Source: Antedon mediterranea (lineage: Eukaryota; Animalia; Echinodermata). From it: DNA of 64,000 bases. The notes under the pieces were generated by a model. That model was not told the DNA's origin and did no database searches. It saw only the letters and a program-made list of their open reading frames with translations. A program made the position numbers and the translations under genes. Where the stretch lies: NCBI RefSeq assembly GCF_964355755.1, contig NC_092670.1:29004388-29068387 (forward strand). The letters are read 5' to 3'. This document shows, in pieces, positions 63,556 to 64,000 of the stretch (its first letter is position 1; each line of letters begins with the position of its first letter).

Positions 63556-63930
63556 TCTACTGAAAATGTTAAGAGTAACCAAACTGGCCGCATTTTTCGG
63601 ATAAGACAATCAATTAATTGTCTAACCAAAAAGGTCATTTATCTCATATACTGTAATATTTGTGGCAAACAGTACGTCTCGAAAACATAAAACACTCTCC
63701 GTATGAGAATGACACAACACAGATCAGCTATCAAAACATTAAAGCTTGATCAACCTGTAGCCGAACATTTTAATTTAGCTGGTCACTCGATTGCAAATTT
63801 CAGAGTTATTGTCATAGACCACGATGTCAAATGGAGCAACAAAACTCGACAAGAATTACAACTTAAACCACAAAACTTTTTGGACTTAACATTAGGAACA
63901 TACTCCCAGATCGGTAAAATTATTTAATTG
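63556..63930 (+). pseudogene. Penelope-like element GIY-YIG endonuclease relic
   Basis: INCLTKKVIYLIYCNICGKQYV..LRMRMTQHR..VAEHFN..GHS; in-frame stop at 63688-63690. Confidence 0.82.
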
Positions 63931-64000
63931 ACTACCAAAATTTAAGTTTCAATATTAACCACCATTTAAGCTGTTTTTAGTTCCATTCCAAAATTGTTTA

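Overview
AT-rich eukaryotic (metazoan) genomic DNA; a marine invertebrate is an inference from the repeat repertoire, and the species cannot be named. The whole window lies inside one plus-strand gene, TRRAP/Tra1 (PIKK-family pseudokinase scaffold of SAGA and NuA4/TIP60). I traced 50 internal coding exons (1672-62337, 8136 nt, about 2712 codons). All have AG/GT boundaries and mutually consistent phases, and they run from the N-terminal HEAT region into the FAT region; the start and the pseudokinase/FATC end lie outside the window. The introns hold many transposon relics: a recent BEL/Pao LTR element with a large internal deletion, CR1 and L2 LINE relics, a Penelope-like GIY-YIG relic, two non-autonomous Helitron families, Helentron/DINE-like elements, and MITEs of Tc1/pogo, PIF/Harbinger, hAT-like, Kolobok-like and MULE-like type. 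I see no clearly supported new protein-coding system. The most notable oddities are a minisatellite that amplifies the end of a TRRAP exon with its splice donor, a 40-bp remnant resembling a P-element excision footprint, an in-frame RT-integrase deletion fusion plus a 39-bp coding repeat in the BEL element, a Kolobok-like relic with converging THAP and YAFEP gene starts, and a two-state hairpin at a Helitron 3' end. Family assignments come from motif recognition by eye; no searches were run.
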